64,000 nt of DNA from NCBI RefSeq assembly GCF_036365525.1, contig NC_090375.1:199197864-199261863 (forward strand), written 5' to 3'. The notes beneath the pieces were generated by a model, which was not told where the DNA came from, did no database searches, and saw only the letters and a program-made list of their open reading frames with translations. How positions within the stretch are numbered: position 1 is the first letter of the stretch; every line of letters begins with the position of its first letter. This DNA is from Heterodontus francisci. Its lineage: Eukaryota. The translations under genes and the position numbers were made by a program. This document shows, in pieces, positions 11,810 to 25,041 of the stretch.

Positions 11810-14800
11810 GAGCAAAATACTGCAGATGGTGGAAATATGGAATAAGAACAGAAAGTGCTAGAAATACTCAGCAGGTCTGGCAGCTTCTGTGGCGAGAGAA
11901 GCAGAGTTAACGTTTCAAGTATGTAACATTTCATCATGATTTGAGCAAGTGAAAGGGGGCAGGGGAAGAAAATCAAAAGGGAAGGTGTGTGGCCGGGCAG
12001 TGGGCAGGAGAGATTAGCAACAGTGATGCCGCAGAATTAAAGACAAAGGGAGTCCCAATAGTTGCAGTAAAAACAAAGCATTAATCCAGAGAGAATGTTA
12101 ATTGCAGAATAAGGAACAGCTGTATACAAGAACAAAAACATGAAAACCAATTTTAAGATAGGCAAATTGTTAATAAATAAAATAAATACATTTTTTAAAG
12201 ATTAAAATGGCTGTCATGCTCTGAAACTGTTGAATTCAACTTTGAGTCTAGAAGGCTGCATAGTGCACAATCGGAAGATGAGGTGCTGTTACTCAAACTT
12301 ACGTACAGCTTCACTGGAACACTGTGAAAGGCCAAGAGCAGGAATATAGGCATGAGAACAGGGTGGTGAGTTAAAGGTACAAGCAACTGGTGGTTATGGG
12401 ACATGCTTGACAACTGAGTGGAGGTATTCTGCAAAGCGATCACCCAATCTGGACATTGTTGAAATGACATAGGACATCAGAAGAGTCACAGTAGGTGGGA
12501 AAAGACTGGACAAGGGGAGAAAAATATAGTCAAGAAAGGAAGAAACAAGTTCATTGGGGCAGGAAAAGGCTGATGGGTCTACCAGGACAGTCCTGTTTGT
12601 AGATATTGGGAAGGAGGTGGAAGTGGCCAATTCGAGGTTGCAGGACAGTGAGGTGGGACGCTGTCGAGAGAAGATCTCCAGAGGTGATGAGGTCGCTGAC
12701 AGTCCTGGAGACAGTGGTAGGGTCATGGACCAGGGGGAGGTAGGAAGAAGTGTCTGAGACTTGGCACTCTGCCTCTGCAAAGTAGAAGTCGGTACACCAG
12801 ACAACAGCAGCACCACCCATGTAAGTGGGTTTGATCACAGTGTCGGACTGGGGCCTGAGTGAATGGCGTGTAGCAAGTTCAGAGGGAGACAGGTTAGAAT
12901 GAGTGAGGGAAATTAAGAGAGCCGATGTCACGCCAACAGTTCTCAATGAAAAGATCAAGAGCAGGTGAGAGGCCAGAGGGAGGGGTCCAGTTAGTGGTAG
13001 AGTACAGCTGGCGGGTGAATGGGTCTGCTGGTAAGCAGATGACTCCTGGCCAAAGGCGTGAGCCCAGAGGCAAAGACGATGGAATAAGACATCAACATCA
13101 TGCTGAGCGTGAAATTAATTGAGGTGTGCATTAGAGGAGGGTGGTGAATAAAAATGACAAGCGACCAGAAGCTCAGGGTTATGCTTGTGGAATGAGTGGG
13201 CATGTTCTACAAAGCAATCACCCAATCTGTGTTTGGTCTCTCCAGTGCAGAGGATACTGCATTGTGAGCAGCGAATACAGTATACCAAATTGAAATAAGT
13301 ACATGTAAATTGCTGCTTCACCTGAAGGAATGTTTGGGGGCCTTGGATAATGAGGAGAAAGGAGGTGAAAGGACAGGCATTACACCTCTTGTGATTGCAT
13401 GGGAAGGTGCCGTGGGAAGGCGATGAGGTGTCGGGGTGAGGGAGGAGTGGACCAGGATGTTATGAAGAGAACAGTCCTCTCACAATGCTGATAATGAGAG
13501 GACAGGAAGATGTGCTTGGTGGTGGTGCAAATGGTGGAGGATGACCCATTCGATGTGAAGATGGGGTGGTAAGTGAGGAAAAGAGGAACCCTGTCAGCGT
13601 TGATCACAATGTCAGGGTGAGACCTGAGAGAACAGAGTGCAGCATGTTCAGTGGGAGACCGGTTACAATGAGTGAGGGGAGCAAAGAAATTAACACGGCT
13701 GATGTCACACCAACAGTTCTCAATGAAAAGTTCAAGAGTGGGCAAGAAGGGAGAAGAAGCGGTCCAGGTGGAGGCAGAATACTGGAGGCAGGTTAATAAG
13801 TCTGCTGGTAGGGGGAGGACTTCTGGCCAAAAAAGTGTGCCAGAGGCGAAGGTGACAGAAGAAGTGGTCAACGTCATGCCGAGCACAGAATTCATTGAGG
13901 TGGGGGTGTCCTTTGCTAAGTTGAGATCATTCAGTCTCAGAGAGGGGAAGATCAGAAAGTATTGTGAATAAATAGCATGGTGTGGGATTTGGAGAATGGA
14001 TGAGGTCAAAGGGAAGTGAAGGGGAAGAAAGATTAGGAGGGACATTGGGTCCCATGAGCTGCTGGTGCTTGCATTCCTTAACACTTGAAAGGAAGAGAAA
14101 AAGATTTTTGTTAATGTGTCGGATAAGATGAATGATGAAATGAAACTGCAGAACAGGACAGCTTTGAGATAGGGTGAGTTGGTCTTACCTCCCCTGGTGC
14201 ATGGCACTGAGTGTGGATCTCAGGATGCAGCGAGAACAGCAGACCCCAGGAATGTTGCATTTCTCGGAGATACCTGTAATTCTGGGTGGATTCAAAACAC
14301 GAAAGTTGGAAGTTCAGTTGGAATCCACGTGGAATAATTCAGAGCCGGAGACAGTCAGTGAGGAAGGAGATGTGGCTTGGAAAACAAATTTTGCGACACA
14401 GCTTCTCAAACACCAGGAGGGAAATGGGGAGCGATGAAGGTAAATAAGGTAAAAGACAAATGGAAATCCTATCGGAAATAAGAGCAGAACTTCTTCAAGG
14501 TAGGCATTCTTAGAAGAGAAGTGGAAGTGAATTAAAGACTAATATTAAAGCAAAATACTGTGGATGCTGGAAATCTGAAATAAAAACTGAAAGTGCTGGA
14601 AATATGCAGCAGGTCTGGCAACATCTGTGGAGAGCGCAACAGATTTAACGTTTCAGGTCTTTTTTCATCATAACTGACTTCGAAATTTAATAGACTTTGA
14701 GCAAGTGAAAGGGGGAGTGGGAAGAAGAACACAAGGAACGGTGTGTGATAGAGCAGAGGACAGGAAAGATGAATGACAGAGATGTCACAGAACGAAAGAC

Positions 14801-15120
14801 AAAGGGAGTGCCAACAGTTGTAGTAAAAGTCAAAACATTAGTCCAGAGAGAGTGTTAATGGCAAAGTATTGATCAGCTCTGTTCAAAAGGAAAAGCATGG
14901 AAAACAAGTTTAAGATTAGCACGTGGGTATTTAAAAAACATAAAATTGAAAGAAAGAAATCATAAATGATAGGGCTCGTGGTCTGAAAATTATTGAACTC
15001 AATATTGAGTCCAGAGGGCTGTAGAGTGCCTAATCAGAAGATGAGGTGCTGTTCCTTAGGTTTGCGTTGAGCTTCAGTTGAACACTGCAGCAGGCCGAGG
15101 ACAGATATGTGGGCATGACC
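11810..15120 (-). mobile_element. Cluster of decayed Penelope-like element fragments (terminal repeats, RT N-terminal part, GIY-YIG)
   Basis: ORF 13115-13321 FTCTYFNLVYCIRCSQCSILCTGETKHRLGDCFVEH is GIY-YIG-like; 12551 has FHLLPNIYKQDCPGRPI (PLE RT 'LPKIHK..PGRPI'); terminal repeat copies at 11810-11930 and 14545-14660. Confidence 0.8.
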
Positions 15121-15723
15121 CGGGCATTCGGAAATCCAGAAATTTATATCTTGGTGGGGATGCTCACCACAGCTCAGAGTAATCGATCTGCTCGCTTGCT
15201 GCAGCGTTTCATGCCCAGAGCAGCAGGATCACGAAAGATATTTTAATTCACATAAATGCGAGTTCAGAGCATTTATTTCTTTGTCGCGTGTTAACTATAT
15301 TAGGAGAGGGAAACGAATTCACTGTTAAGTTTGATCCAGTCCTGCGAGATAGGTTTGCCTCTTCCCCCTGTCTTTGTCCCTCCAATCTGACTGCACACAC
15401 CTCCCAGCCGGTTCAAGCAAGCAGATGAACTCAGAGCCATTCATTTTCTATTTAAAAGTTAGCAATACGAAATTGAATTTTGAAATAACAACTTTCGCGA
15501 CTGTAAAATCAATAGAAACAAAGGAAAAACAACAGAACGAGGTGACTTATCACACAGAGTGGGACAGGTCTCACATTTTATAATGTAGAGGGACTGTAAA
15601 CTGAGCAAGTTTTCTGCCGACAGGTAATTTGAGCCATTGGACTGATTGTAGGAGGAGGGGGCGGGGCAGAATGGACCCGGTCTTCAACATTTATAACCGT
15701 GAGAGCAACCGGATACCGAGCGG

Positions 15724-16165
15724 ATGGGTCACTGCACGATGTTCTGGGTGACAGTGACGCTATTTATACCTAGTGAGTGCTTATATTTATTTATTTATAT
15801 GTTATGTCTGTCCAGCATTCTTTATCAAGCGTTCATCATTTTCAAATCAGATAATTTTGCGCATTTTTTCTAGGTGGGTGTTTTGCCCTGTCTGTAACAC
15901 AGACTGCAATATCAATAACAAGAAGCCCCAGTAAAAGTGTCAGATTTCAGTGTACGGTAAGCGGAGGGAGCACCGTGATCCATTGGTACCAGCAGAGACC
16001 CGGTCAGGCGCTCGCCAGAATCCTCTATTATGACAAGAACCTCATTCGGGATCCGGACTTCAGCTCCAGGTTCAAAGCAGACAAGAATAACAATGTGTGC
16101 ACTTTAATAATCAATAACATCGTGGAGGAAGACTCTGCCACTTATTACTGTGCCTATTGGGACAG
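15724..16165 (+). CDS. TRGV: TCR gamma-type V segment, intact (leader exon 15724 or 15739 to 15772, V exon 15874-16165)
   Basis: (MGHCT)MFWVTVTLFIP|gtgagt...ttctag|SGCFALSVTQTAISITRSPSKSVRFQCTVSGGSTVIHWYQQRPG...EDSATYYCAYWD. GC box (15651-15667) and TTTATAA (~15690) lie upstream. Confidence 0.9.
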
Positions 16166-16204
16166 CACAGTGCTGAACAGAGACAGAAACCCTTATCAAA
16201 ATCC
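16166..16204 (+). other. 23-RSS (CACAGTG-23-TCAAAATCC)
   Basis: Consensus heptamer, 23-bp spacer, nonamer with 2 mismatches. Confidence 0.9.
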
Positions 16205-16444
16205 CAGGCGTTTCAGCTCGCTCCCACGTCAGTTACCACTCAACAAACAACAACTTACATTTATATACGTCTTTAACGTAATTTAACCTTTCAAGATGGA
16301 TTGATTTTTGTTTAGGAGTATGAAAGAATATGGAGCAAAGGCGGAAAAATGGAGCTGAGGGACGGACCAGCCATGATCAGACTGAATAGTGAACGGGTTT
16401 GATGGGCTGAATGGCCTCTTCCTGTTTCTGTGATCCACAAGAAA

Positions 16445-18460
16445 TCATAGAGTCATAGAGTCGTACAGCATAGAAACAGGCCCTTCCGTCCACTGCGTCC
16501 ATGCCGACCATAATGCCTATCTAAAATAATCCCACCTGCCTGTATTAATTCCATATCCCACTATGTGTTGCACATTCATGTACCTGTCCAGATGCCTCTG
16601 AAATGTCGCTACTGTTTCTGCCTCCACCACCTCCTCAGGCAGCTCATTCCAGATACCCACTATTCTTTGTGTGAAAAAAATTACCCCTTTGATCCCATTT
16701 AAACCTCCTCCCTTTCATCTTAAATCTATGCCCTCTAGTTTTAGTCACCCGTACCATGGGAAACAGACTCTAGCTATCTATCCTATCGATGCCTCTCATA
16801 ATTTTATATAGCTCTATCATGTCCCCTCTTAGCCTCCTTCGCTCCATGGAAAACAGACCCAGCCTATCCAATCCCACTTTATAACTCAAGCCCTCCAAAC
16901 CAGGCAACATCCTTGTGAATTTTTTTGCACCCTCTCTAGCTTAATCACATCTTTCCTGCAGTGCAGTGACCAGAACTGCAAACAGTACTCCAAATGCGGC
17001 CTAACCAACATTATGTACAACTGTAACATGATGTCCCAACTCTTGTACTCAATGCCTCGGCCGAGAAAGGCAAGAATGCCATATGCCTTCTTCACCACCC
17101 TGCCTACCTGTATTGCCACTTTCAGGGAACTATGTACTTGCACCCCAAGGTCTCTCTGCTAAACACTTCACAGGGCCCTGCCATTCACTGTAAATGTCCT
17201 GCCCTGGTTTAACTTCCCAAAATGCACCATTTCACACTTGTCTGCGTTAAATTCCATTTGCCACTCCCTTGCCCACTTTCCCTGTTGATCTATATCCTGT
17301 TGTAACCTTAGACAACCGTCTTCACTGTCCACTTGGTGTCATCTGCAAACTTACATTCACATCCAAGTCATTAATATATATGATAAACAACAGAGGGCCC
17401 AGCACCAATCCCTGCGGCACACCACTGGTCACCGGCCTCCAATCTGAAAAACAACCCTCCACTACCACCCTCTGCCTCCTATCAGCAAGCCAATTTTGTT
17501 TGCAATTGGCTAGCTCACCCTGGATCCCATCTGTTCGAACTTTCTGGACCAGCCTATCATACGGGGACTTGTCAAAGGCCTTGCTGAAGTCCAAGTAGAC
17601 AACGTCCACCGCCCTACCCTCGTCAATCCTCTTGGACACCTCCTCAAAAAACTCAATCAAATTCGTGAGATATGATTTCCCATGCACAAAGCCATGCTGA
17701 CTATCCCTAATCAGACCATGTCTTTCCAGATGCATATAAATCCTGTCTCTCAGAATCCCTTCCAATAACTTTCCCACCACTGATGTAAGGCTCACCGGCC
17801 TGTAGTTCCCTGGCTTATCCCTGCTGCCCTTCTTAAATAAAGGCACAACATTAGCTATCCTCCAGTCTTCCGGTATCTCACCCATGGCTAATGATGATAC
17901 AAAAATCTCTGCCAGGGCCCCAGCAATCTCATCCCTTGCTTTCAATAGCATCCTCGGATACACCTAGTCAGGCCTTGGGGATTCATTCACCTTAATGCGC
18001 TTCAAAACCTCCAACACCTCCTCCTTTGTAATGTTGATATGCTCCAGGATATCGGTCTTCCCTCCCTTGAACTCACTAGCTTCCATGACCTTCTCCATGG
18101 AAAATACGGACGAGAAATATTCATTTAAGGCCTCGCCCATTTCCCGTGGCTCCACACATAGATTGCAACACTGATCCTTAAGGGGACCTACTCTCTCCCT
18201 AGCTACCCTTTTACTCTTAATATACTGAGAGAATCATTTAGGATTCTCCTTTATCTTATCTGCCAGGGAAATCTCATGGCCCCTCTTCACCCCCCTAATT
18301 TCCTTCTTACGTGTAGTCCTAAAGTACTGGAAGGACTCGCTTGATCCGAGCTACCTATAACTGACCAATGCCTCCTTCTTTGTCCTGACTAGACCCTCAA
18401 TATCCCTCGTCAACCAAGGTTCGCTAAACCTGCCAGCCTTGCCCTTCCATCTAACACCTT
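16445..18460 (-). mobile_element. 5'-truncated CR1 LINE (RT region)
   Basis: ORFs 17322-17963 ([37 protein letters not shown]) and 16886-17143; short tandem tail at ~16445. Confidence 0.9.
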
Positions 18461-19077
18461 GGTTAATCTCGTCCCTTCACATTCCCGACTGGAATAAAAA
18501 CTGGACTACAAGAAGAAGTAAGCCCCTGTGTGTCTGACACATGCACAGGTCTTCAATCCCCCTGATAAAACTGTGCCCAACAGAATATTACAAATGATCG
18601 ATTTTTCAATTATCTACTATTCAGTTTTTTTCCCCACTTTTTTCTTTTCTCATTCCATTACCACCTCCTTTTGCCACACACCATCATCCCTTTTCTCATT
18701 TAATCTCTCCTGCCTCCCACTCTATCACAGACATTCCCTTTTTTTCTTTCACCCAACCACCCCGCCGCCCCTTTCCCTGAATCTATTTTTGCTCAAAACC
18801 TGTCGCATTTCTAACTTTTGCCAGTTCTGACGAAATGTCATCGACCTGAATCGTTAACTCTGTTTCTCTCTCCACAGATGCTGCCGGACCTGCTGAGTAT
18901 TTCCAGCATTTTCCGTTTTTATTGCAAATAATCAATCCGGGCATCTGGAAAGAAGTGAACGAGATGACGAGACGGGTTTAACAAAATCTCACTGATTGGG
19001 TTGTGGGAAGTGAATCATTTCCTTTTAGTTTGTAACCAGCTGGTTGAGTGAACAGTCCCTGATCCAGCAGAGTGAAC

Positions 19078-19517
19078 ATGTCACTGTATTACTGGTTCAT
19101 TGTGGTGATCGTTTTTCCCTGTATGTGTTTCTGATGCTATTATTCAAATGCTGTTATTCAGTCTGCTCTGTCACGCTGTTTATTTGTAACCGTGTCTATT
19201 CTTTTCTCAGGCGGATGTTTCGCTCAAACCTTGAGACAGATTATCCCATCCGTTAGCAAAGCTGCTGGTAAAACCGGTAGATTCCAATGCGAAATACAAG
19301 GTGGCTCTGTCAGCAGCAGTAACCCTCTCCACTGGTACCAACACAAACCCGGCCAGGCACCCACCAGAATACTCTATTATGGGGGAAGTATATCGCGGGA
19401 TCCAGGATTTGGTAAATTGTTTAAAGCCGGGAAGAGTAAAGACAACGAATTCTACCTCACAATCGACAAAATAAAGACAGAGGATGCGGCCACTTATTAC
19501 TGCGCGTACTGGGTGTA
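19078..19517 (+). CDS. TRGV: TCR gamma-type V segment, intact (leader exon 19078-19120, V exon 19211-19517)
   Basis: MSLYYWFIVVIVFP|gtatgt...tctcag|CGCFAQTLRQIIPSVSKAAGKTGRFQCEIQGGSVSSSNPLHWYQHKPG...EDAATYYCAYWV. Confidence 0.9.
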
Positions 19518-19556
19518 CACAGTGTGAAACAGAAAGACAAACTCTGTGCAAAAACC
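19518..19556 (+). other. 23-RSS (CACAGTG-23-GCAAAAACC)
   Basis: Heptamer 19518-19524, spacer 19525-19547, nonamer 19548-19556. Confidence 0.95.
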
Positions 19557-20314
19557 CTGAAGCACTCGAGCTTTAACTATCAGAATAACCCACACACTCC
19601 TCGCCTAATCTGGCTAAGCAGCAGCGACACCGCAGCTGGATTTGTCTCTTCGCTTTTTCTGCCCAAACCCAAGAATTGCCAAGTGCTGCGATACCAGCCA
19701 AGACTCGATCATTTTGATCTATTTGCTTCTTCTGAAGTGCCGGACATGGCGTTAAAAACCCAAAGATGACTTAATAGGGAGCTCGCGGTCCTTGGTAAAG
19801 ATGGACCTGCTCTGTCGGTGTTGCATTGAGGTTCTCCTGAGGGCGGGTTCGAGTAAAGAGTTGGTCTTTCAGAACCGATTTCCAGTGTGTGAGATATTCG
19901 CTCACCGGCGACCGGAGCAGTGTAAACCCGCGGGATGGAACAGGCCTGCGCGGAGAGGAGGTGTTGTTTCCACTGGGAGACTCAGCCAGCTCTGGTCGCG
20001 TTGGAGCAGTAAAGCCGGCATCGCGGACAAACTTCACATGAAGTAGGAGAGGGGATTCCGGGCTTTTTTTTAACAGAGGCATAGAATAAAAAGCAGGGAA
20101 GTTGTATGAAACCTTTATAAATCACTGACTATGTCTATTGTGTCCAATTCTGGGCACAGTTCTATAGGAAGGATACCACTGGAGTAGGATACACTGGAGT
20201 AGTACCATGGATGAGGAATCTCAGTTCGGTGGAGAGATTAGAATAGCTGGAGCTGTTTTCTCTTGAGCAGAAAAAGTTAAGAGGAGATTTAATAGAGTTG
20301 TTCAAAATTATGAA

Positions 20315-21855
20315 CACACGAACATCCGCATTAGGAGAAGGAGCAGACACTCAGCCCTTCGAGCCTTCCCCCTCATTCAATAGGTTCATGGCTGAACTGA
20401 TAACTCCACATTTCCACCTACCCCCGATAACCTTCCATCCACTTGCTGATCAAGAATCTATCTACCTCTGCCTTAAAAATATCCAAAGACTCTGCTTCCA
20501 CCTCCTTTTGAGGAAGAGAATTCCAAACACTCACAACCCTTATCTCTTCTTAAATGGCTGACCCCTTATTTTTAAACAGTGACCCCTGTTTCTAGATTCT
20601 GCCACAAGGGGCATCATCCTTACCACATTCAACATATCAAGACCCCTCAGGATCTTATGTGTTTCAATCAAGTCGCCCGTTACTCTTCTAAATTCCAAAA
20701 GATACAAGCCTATCCCATCCAATCTTTCCTCGTAAGACAGCCTGACCATTCCAGGTATTAGCCTAATAAACCTTCTCTCTGCTGCCTCCAATGCATTTAC
20801 ATTGTTCCTTAAATAAGGAGACCAGTACTGTACACAATACTCCAGATATGGTCTCAGCAATGCCCTGTATAGCTGAAGCATAACCTCTCTGCTTTTGTAT
20901 TCAATTCCCTTTGCGATAAGTAACAATATGCTATTAGTTTTCCTAATTACGTGCTGTACATTAGTACTGACCTTTTGCAATTCATGGACTAGGACACCCA
21001 AATCCCTCTGCATCACAGAGTTCTGCAATCTCTCACCATTTAGATAACTGGCTTCTTTTCTATTCTTCCTGCCAAAGTGGACAATTTCGCACTTTCCCAC
21101 ATTATACTCCATTTGCCAGGTCTTTGCCCACTCACTTAACTTATCTATATCCCTTTGTAGCCCTCTTATATCTTCTTCACAACTTACATCCCTACCTATC
21201 TTTGTGTCATCAGCAAATATAGCAACCATACCTTTGGTCCCTTCATCTAAGTCATTTACATAAATTGTAAAAAATTGCGCCCCCAGCACAGATCCCTGTG
21301 ACACAGCACTCGTTACATCTTGCCAACTAAAAAATAATCCATTTATGCCTACTCTCTGCTTCCTGTGAGCTAGCTAATCTTCTATCCATGCCAATATGTT
21401 ATCCACTACACCATGAGTTTTTATTTTCCGCAATAACCTTTGATGTGGCACCTTATCAATTGCATTCTGGAAATCTAAGTACAGTACATCCACCGGTTCC
21501 CCTGTATCCACAGCACATGAAACTCCCTCAAATAACTCCAATAAATTGGTGAAACATGACTTCCCTTTCACAAAACCATGTTGACACTGCCTGATTACCT
21601 TGAATTTATCTAAATGCCCAGCTATAACGTCTTTCATAATAGCTTCTAACATTTTCCCTAAGACAGATGTTAACAAGCCTGTAGTTTCCTGCTTGCTATC
21701 TCCCTCCCTTTTTGAACAAAGGAGTTACACTTGCTATTTTCCAATCTAACGGAACCTTCCACAAATCTAGTGAATTTTGGAAAATTAAAACTAACACATC
21801 AACTATCTCAGTAGCCAATTCATTTAACACCCTCGGATGAAGTCCATCAGGACTG
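20315..21855 (-). mobile_element. 5'-truncated CR1 LINE (RT region)
   Basis: ORFs 20540-21304 (QGSVLG, FADDTKIG), 21374-21676 and part of 21696-21998. Confidence 0.9.
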
Positions 21856-22469
21856 AAAGGTCTTGATAAAATAAATAAGGAGAAATTATTTCCACTGCCA
21901 GGAGAGTCACTAACCAGTGTACACGGATTGAATTGGATAAGAAGCAGAGGGGTGATGAGATTTTGTTTTAGTTGGATTGAGATGTCGAGATTGGACACAC
22001 TACCTTAGTGGTGGTGATCCATAGTAACTTTCAAAAGGAAATGGGATAAACGTTTGAAAAGGAAACGTTTGCAGGGTTATGTGGAAAGAGCAAGGCAGTC
22101 GGATTAATTGGATCGTTTTTTCAAAATAGCCAGCACAGGCATGATGGGCCGAATGGCCCCTTCAATGCTGTAACACTCAGTGACTCTGTCACCTATACAT
22201 GGAATCATCAGTCCCTAAACTCCAACATGTCATGGTCAGCTCATTTACAGGAATGGATTCACATTAAAAAAGGCAGGAAACCCCATTAACTTGCTTTCTC
22301 ACCACACAGATCATGAGGTGAAAGTAACTCGAGACCCAGGCGAACACCTGATCTTGACCTATGGGTCAACTTAGGTACATGGGCTACCATTACCAAAGAT
22401 GACAGCCAGAGACTCCCATTTGTTGTGTGGATTGTGGAGCACAACTGTTAGAGGCCCACCCTCCTGCCG

Positions 22470-22875
22470 ACAAAGAATTTACATTTATATCGCACCTTTT
22501 CATCTCAGGACGTCCCAAAGTGCTTTACAGCCAACGAAGTACCTTTTCAAGTTGAGATCTGTTGTAATTAGGAAAAGTGGCTGTCAATTTGCTCACAGCA
22601 AGCTCCTGCAAACAGCAATGGATGAATAATCTATTTTAGTGACGTTGGTTGAGGGATAAATATTGGCCAGGATACCGGAGAGAACTCCCCTGGTCTTCTT
22701 CAAATAGTGCCATGGGATCTTTTACATCCACGTGACAGGGCAGGCAGGGCCTCAGTTTAGGTCTCATCTAAAAGACGGCACCTCCCACAGTGCAGCACTC
22801 CCTCATTACTGCACAGTGAGTGTCATCTTAGATTCAATGTTCAAGTCTCTGATGTGCGTCTTGAACCCACGAAAT
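22470..22875 (-). mobile_element. Deu-domain (SacSINE1-like) SINE; other fragments at ~3075-3290, 7340-7650, 32210-32480, 36260-36480, 40360-40570 and 46325-46680
   Basis: Recurrent core aatagtgccatgggatcttttac...gtgcagcactccctca. Family assignment is from recall of shark SINEs. Confidence 0.6.
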
Positions 22876-23422
22876 TTCTACACTGTCAATGACCAAATTT
22901 TTAGAAACTGAAAATAATCGCCGGGTTTCTATGTCGTGTTAGAGAGCGGGGTTGAAGAAAATATGAAGGACGGAAAGTGAGAAAAAAGCGAAAGTGTGAA
23001 ACGGGGGGAATGACAAATAAATACAGTCAGCAAGACAGGACAGTAAGAACTCCAGTCATATGAGAGCGCGAAACGATTAAAAGCGAATTGTTGGAGCCAA
23101 TAATGATTACAAACCTGCATTAATGGGAGTGAAAAACAAGAGCGAGGCAGTAATTTAATTCTTTCAATTTTGTATAAAAGGTGCACCTTCTGTAGTTTAC
23201 AATAGGTTTGACCCACTGCGGCTCTCACCTCCTGTATAACAATGGAAAAACGCTTAACCATTGAGTAAACAGCGGCGAAGCAATGATCCAGATCCTGAAC
23301 AGATCACGGTACCACCAGGAAGTGGAACCGCTTCACTCCGACTGCATCCGAGTTGCGAGTCATTTCCTGTTTAAGAATCTGGTTGAACAGAGCAAGTGCA
23401 ACCTAATCTTCATTGCTGTACC

Positions 23423-24116
23423 ATGTTGTTCCACTGGTTGGTTATTGTGCTGATGCTTTCCTCCAGTAAGTGTGCCAGGAATCAGTTACAATCATGGAAT
23501 GGTTGCAGCACAGAAGGAGGCCATTCAACCTGTCGTGTACGTGCTGACTCTATGCAAGAGCAACTCACCTAGTCCTCCCTCACCCTTTCCCTGTTGCCCT
23601 GCATTTTTTCCCCTTCAGGTGTTTATCCAATTCTCTTTTGAAAGCCGCGATTGAATCTGCCTCCAGCACACTCTCAGGCACTGTATTCCAGATCCGAACC
23701 ACACACTGCGTGAAAAATGCTTTTCCTCATGTCATGTTGGGTTCTTTTGCCACTCGCCTTAAATTGTTGTTTGCTGGTTGTCGACACTTCCGCCAATGGG
23801 AACAATTTTACTCTATCGACTCTGATTTCTGCCTATCCTTCAAAACTATATGACTTTTCTGTGTTTTCTTTGCAGGTGAATATTTAGCCGAGGCATTGAT
23901 GCAGTTTCTGATATCAAGCCTAAGACTACAATGGTCAAAATACAATGTGTGACACAAGCCACTGAAACTATTCACTGGTACCAGCAGCAAACAAACCAGG
24001 TGCCTAGAAGAACAATCTGCTATCGCTAAAGAGGAGCAGTGTTGGACCCTGGAATCTCAGTCAAATTCTCAGCTGAGAAGAATGACTCTTCATTCCTTCT
24101 TGTAATTGATAACATT
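23423..24116 (+). pseudogene. TRGV pseudogene (leader 23423-23465, V exon from 23876): frameshift, stop codon, truncated in FR3 by an LTR
   Basis: MLFHWLVIVLMLSS|gtaagt...tttgcag|SEYLAEALMQ..(frameshift)..MVKIQCVTQATETIHWYQQQTNQVPRRTICYR*RGAVLDPGISVKFSAEKNDSSFLLVIDNI, then an LTR begins. No YYC or RSS found. Not in the ORF track. Confidence 0.85.
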
Positions 24117-24985
24117 TGTTACGACCGGGTGAGGAAAGGGTCTCAGACTCCGCTCTTGGCCCTTTCTTGGTTTGGCCAGAACAGGGTTTAAATTTAAAGT
24201 TTATTAACCTTAACACTCTAACTCAGTTAAAGTTAATAAAATTACGCGACACAATCACACTAGTAAGCATACGCAATACACACACAAAAATGAGTACAGA
24301 GGAGGAGAAAGAATTAAGTGGGGGGTGGGTGTGGAGTAGTAAATAGAATATAGTTACTGTCTTTGGTTTGGATGTAAAGACCATGATTGGAGTTGAGTCC
24401 TGCAGTTCTTGCTGGGGCCCAGTGCACACTTTCAAGCTTATTTCCCTGGCACCAAAAGACTGAAGAAGTCCTCTTAAGCTGCTTCCGTGGGTCCCTGGAA
24501 CTTTGCTGGAGAGAGGGAGAGAGAGAGAGGGGTGCTTTCTTCTTGAAATTAAGTTGCAGTCTGCCCCAAAACTTTTTGTGAGGCACAATTCAGTCATTTC
24601 CCAGGTTAGCTGGCAGGCCAGTCATGTTACCAGCTGTTTGTTTGAAACTGCATTGTCTGTGAGTGTTGTTGATTCTTCAAAGCTTACGAGACACACTGAG
24701 TGGGGGAGGGGATGGAGTGGAGTGCTGGGTCTTACACAGACAATGGCTCTCAATGTTTTTGGATCATCACGATTGACAAAAGCCACTCACTAACTGAATC
24801 AGGGAGCACTCCCATTGTCTTTCTATTCAACTGTCTCTCAGAATGCAAATGTGCAGCCATGTTTTCAGCCATCCAGCTCTGTGGTCTTTTTAAACAAGAT
24901 TTGTTCAATGTCCAGTAAAAGTGCAAATAGTGTTCCATGTGATAAAATTGATACGTTTGCATTTGGTAAGAGTGGTTTCGTCACA
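24117..24985 (-). mobile_element. 3' LTR (869 bp) of a Gypsy/Gmr1-like retrotransposon
   Basis: TGTTACGA...TCGTCACA ends (7/8 inverted match); polypurine tract GAGAGGTGGAGG on the minus strand immediately adjacent (24986-24997). Confidence 0.8.
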
Positions 24986-25041
24986 CCTCCACCTCTCGCC
25001 GAATGAAATGTGACATTAGTGGGAGCATTTCATTATAAATT

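Noticed and set aside
22787-22820. Two CACAGTG heptamers
   Set aside because: Inside a SINE, with no nonamer and no V/D/J coding flank.
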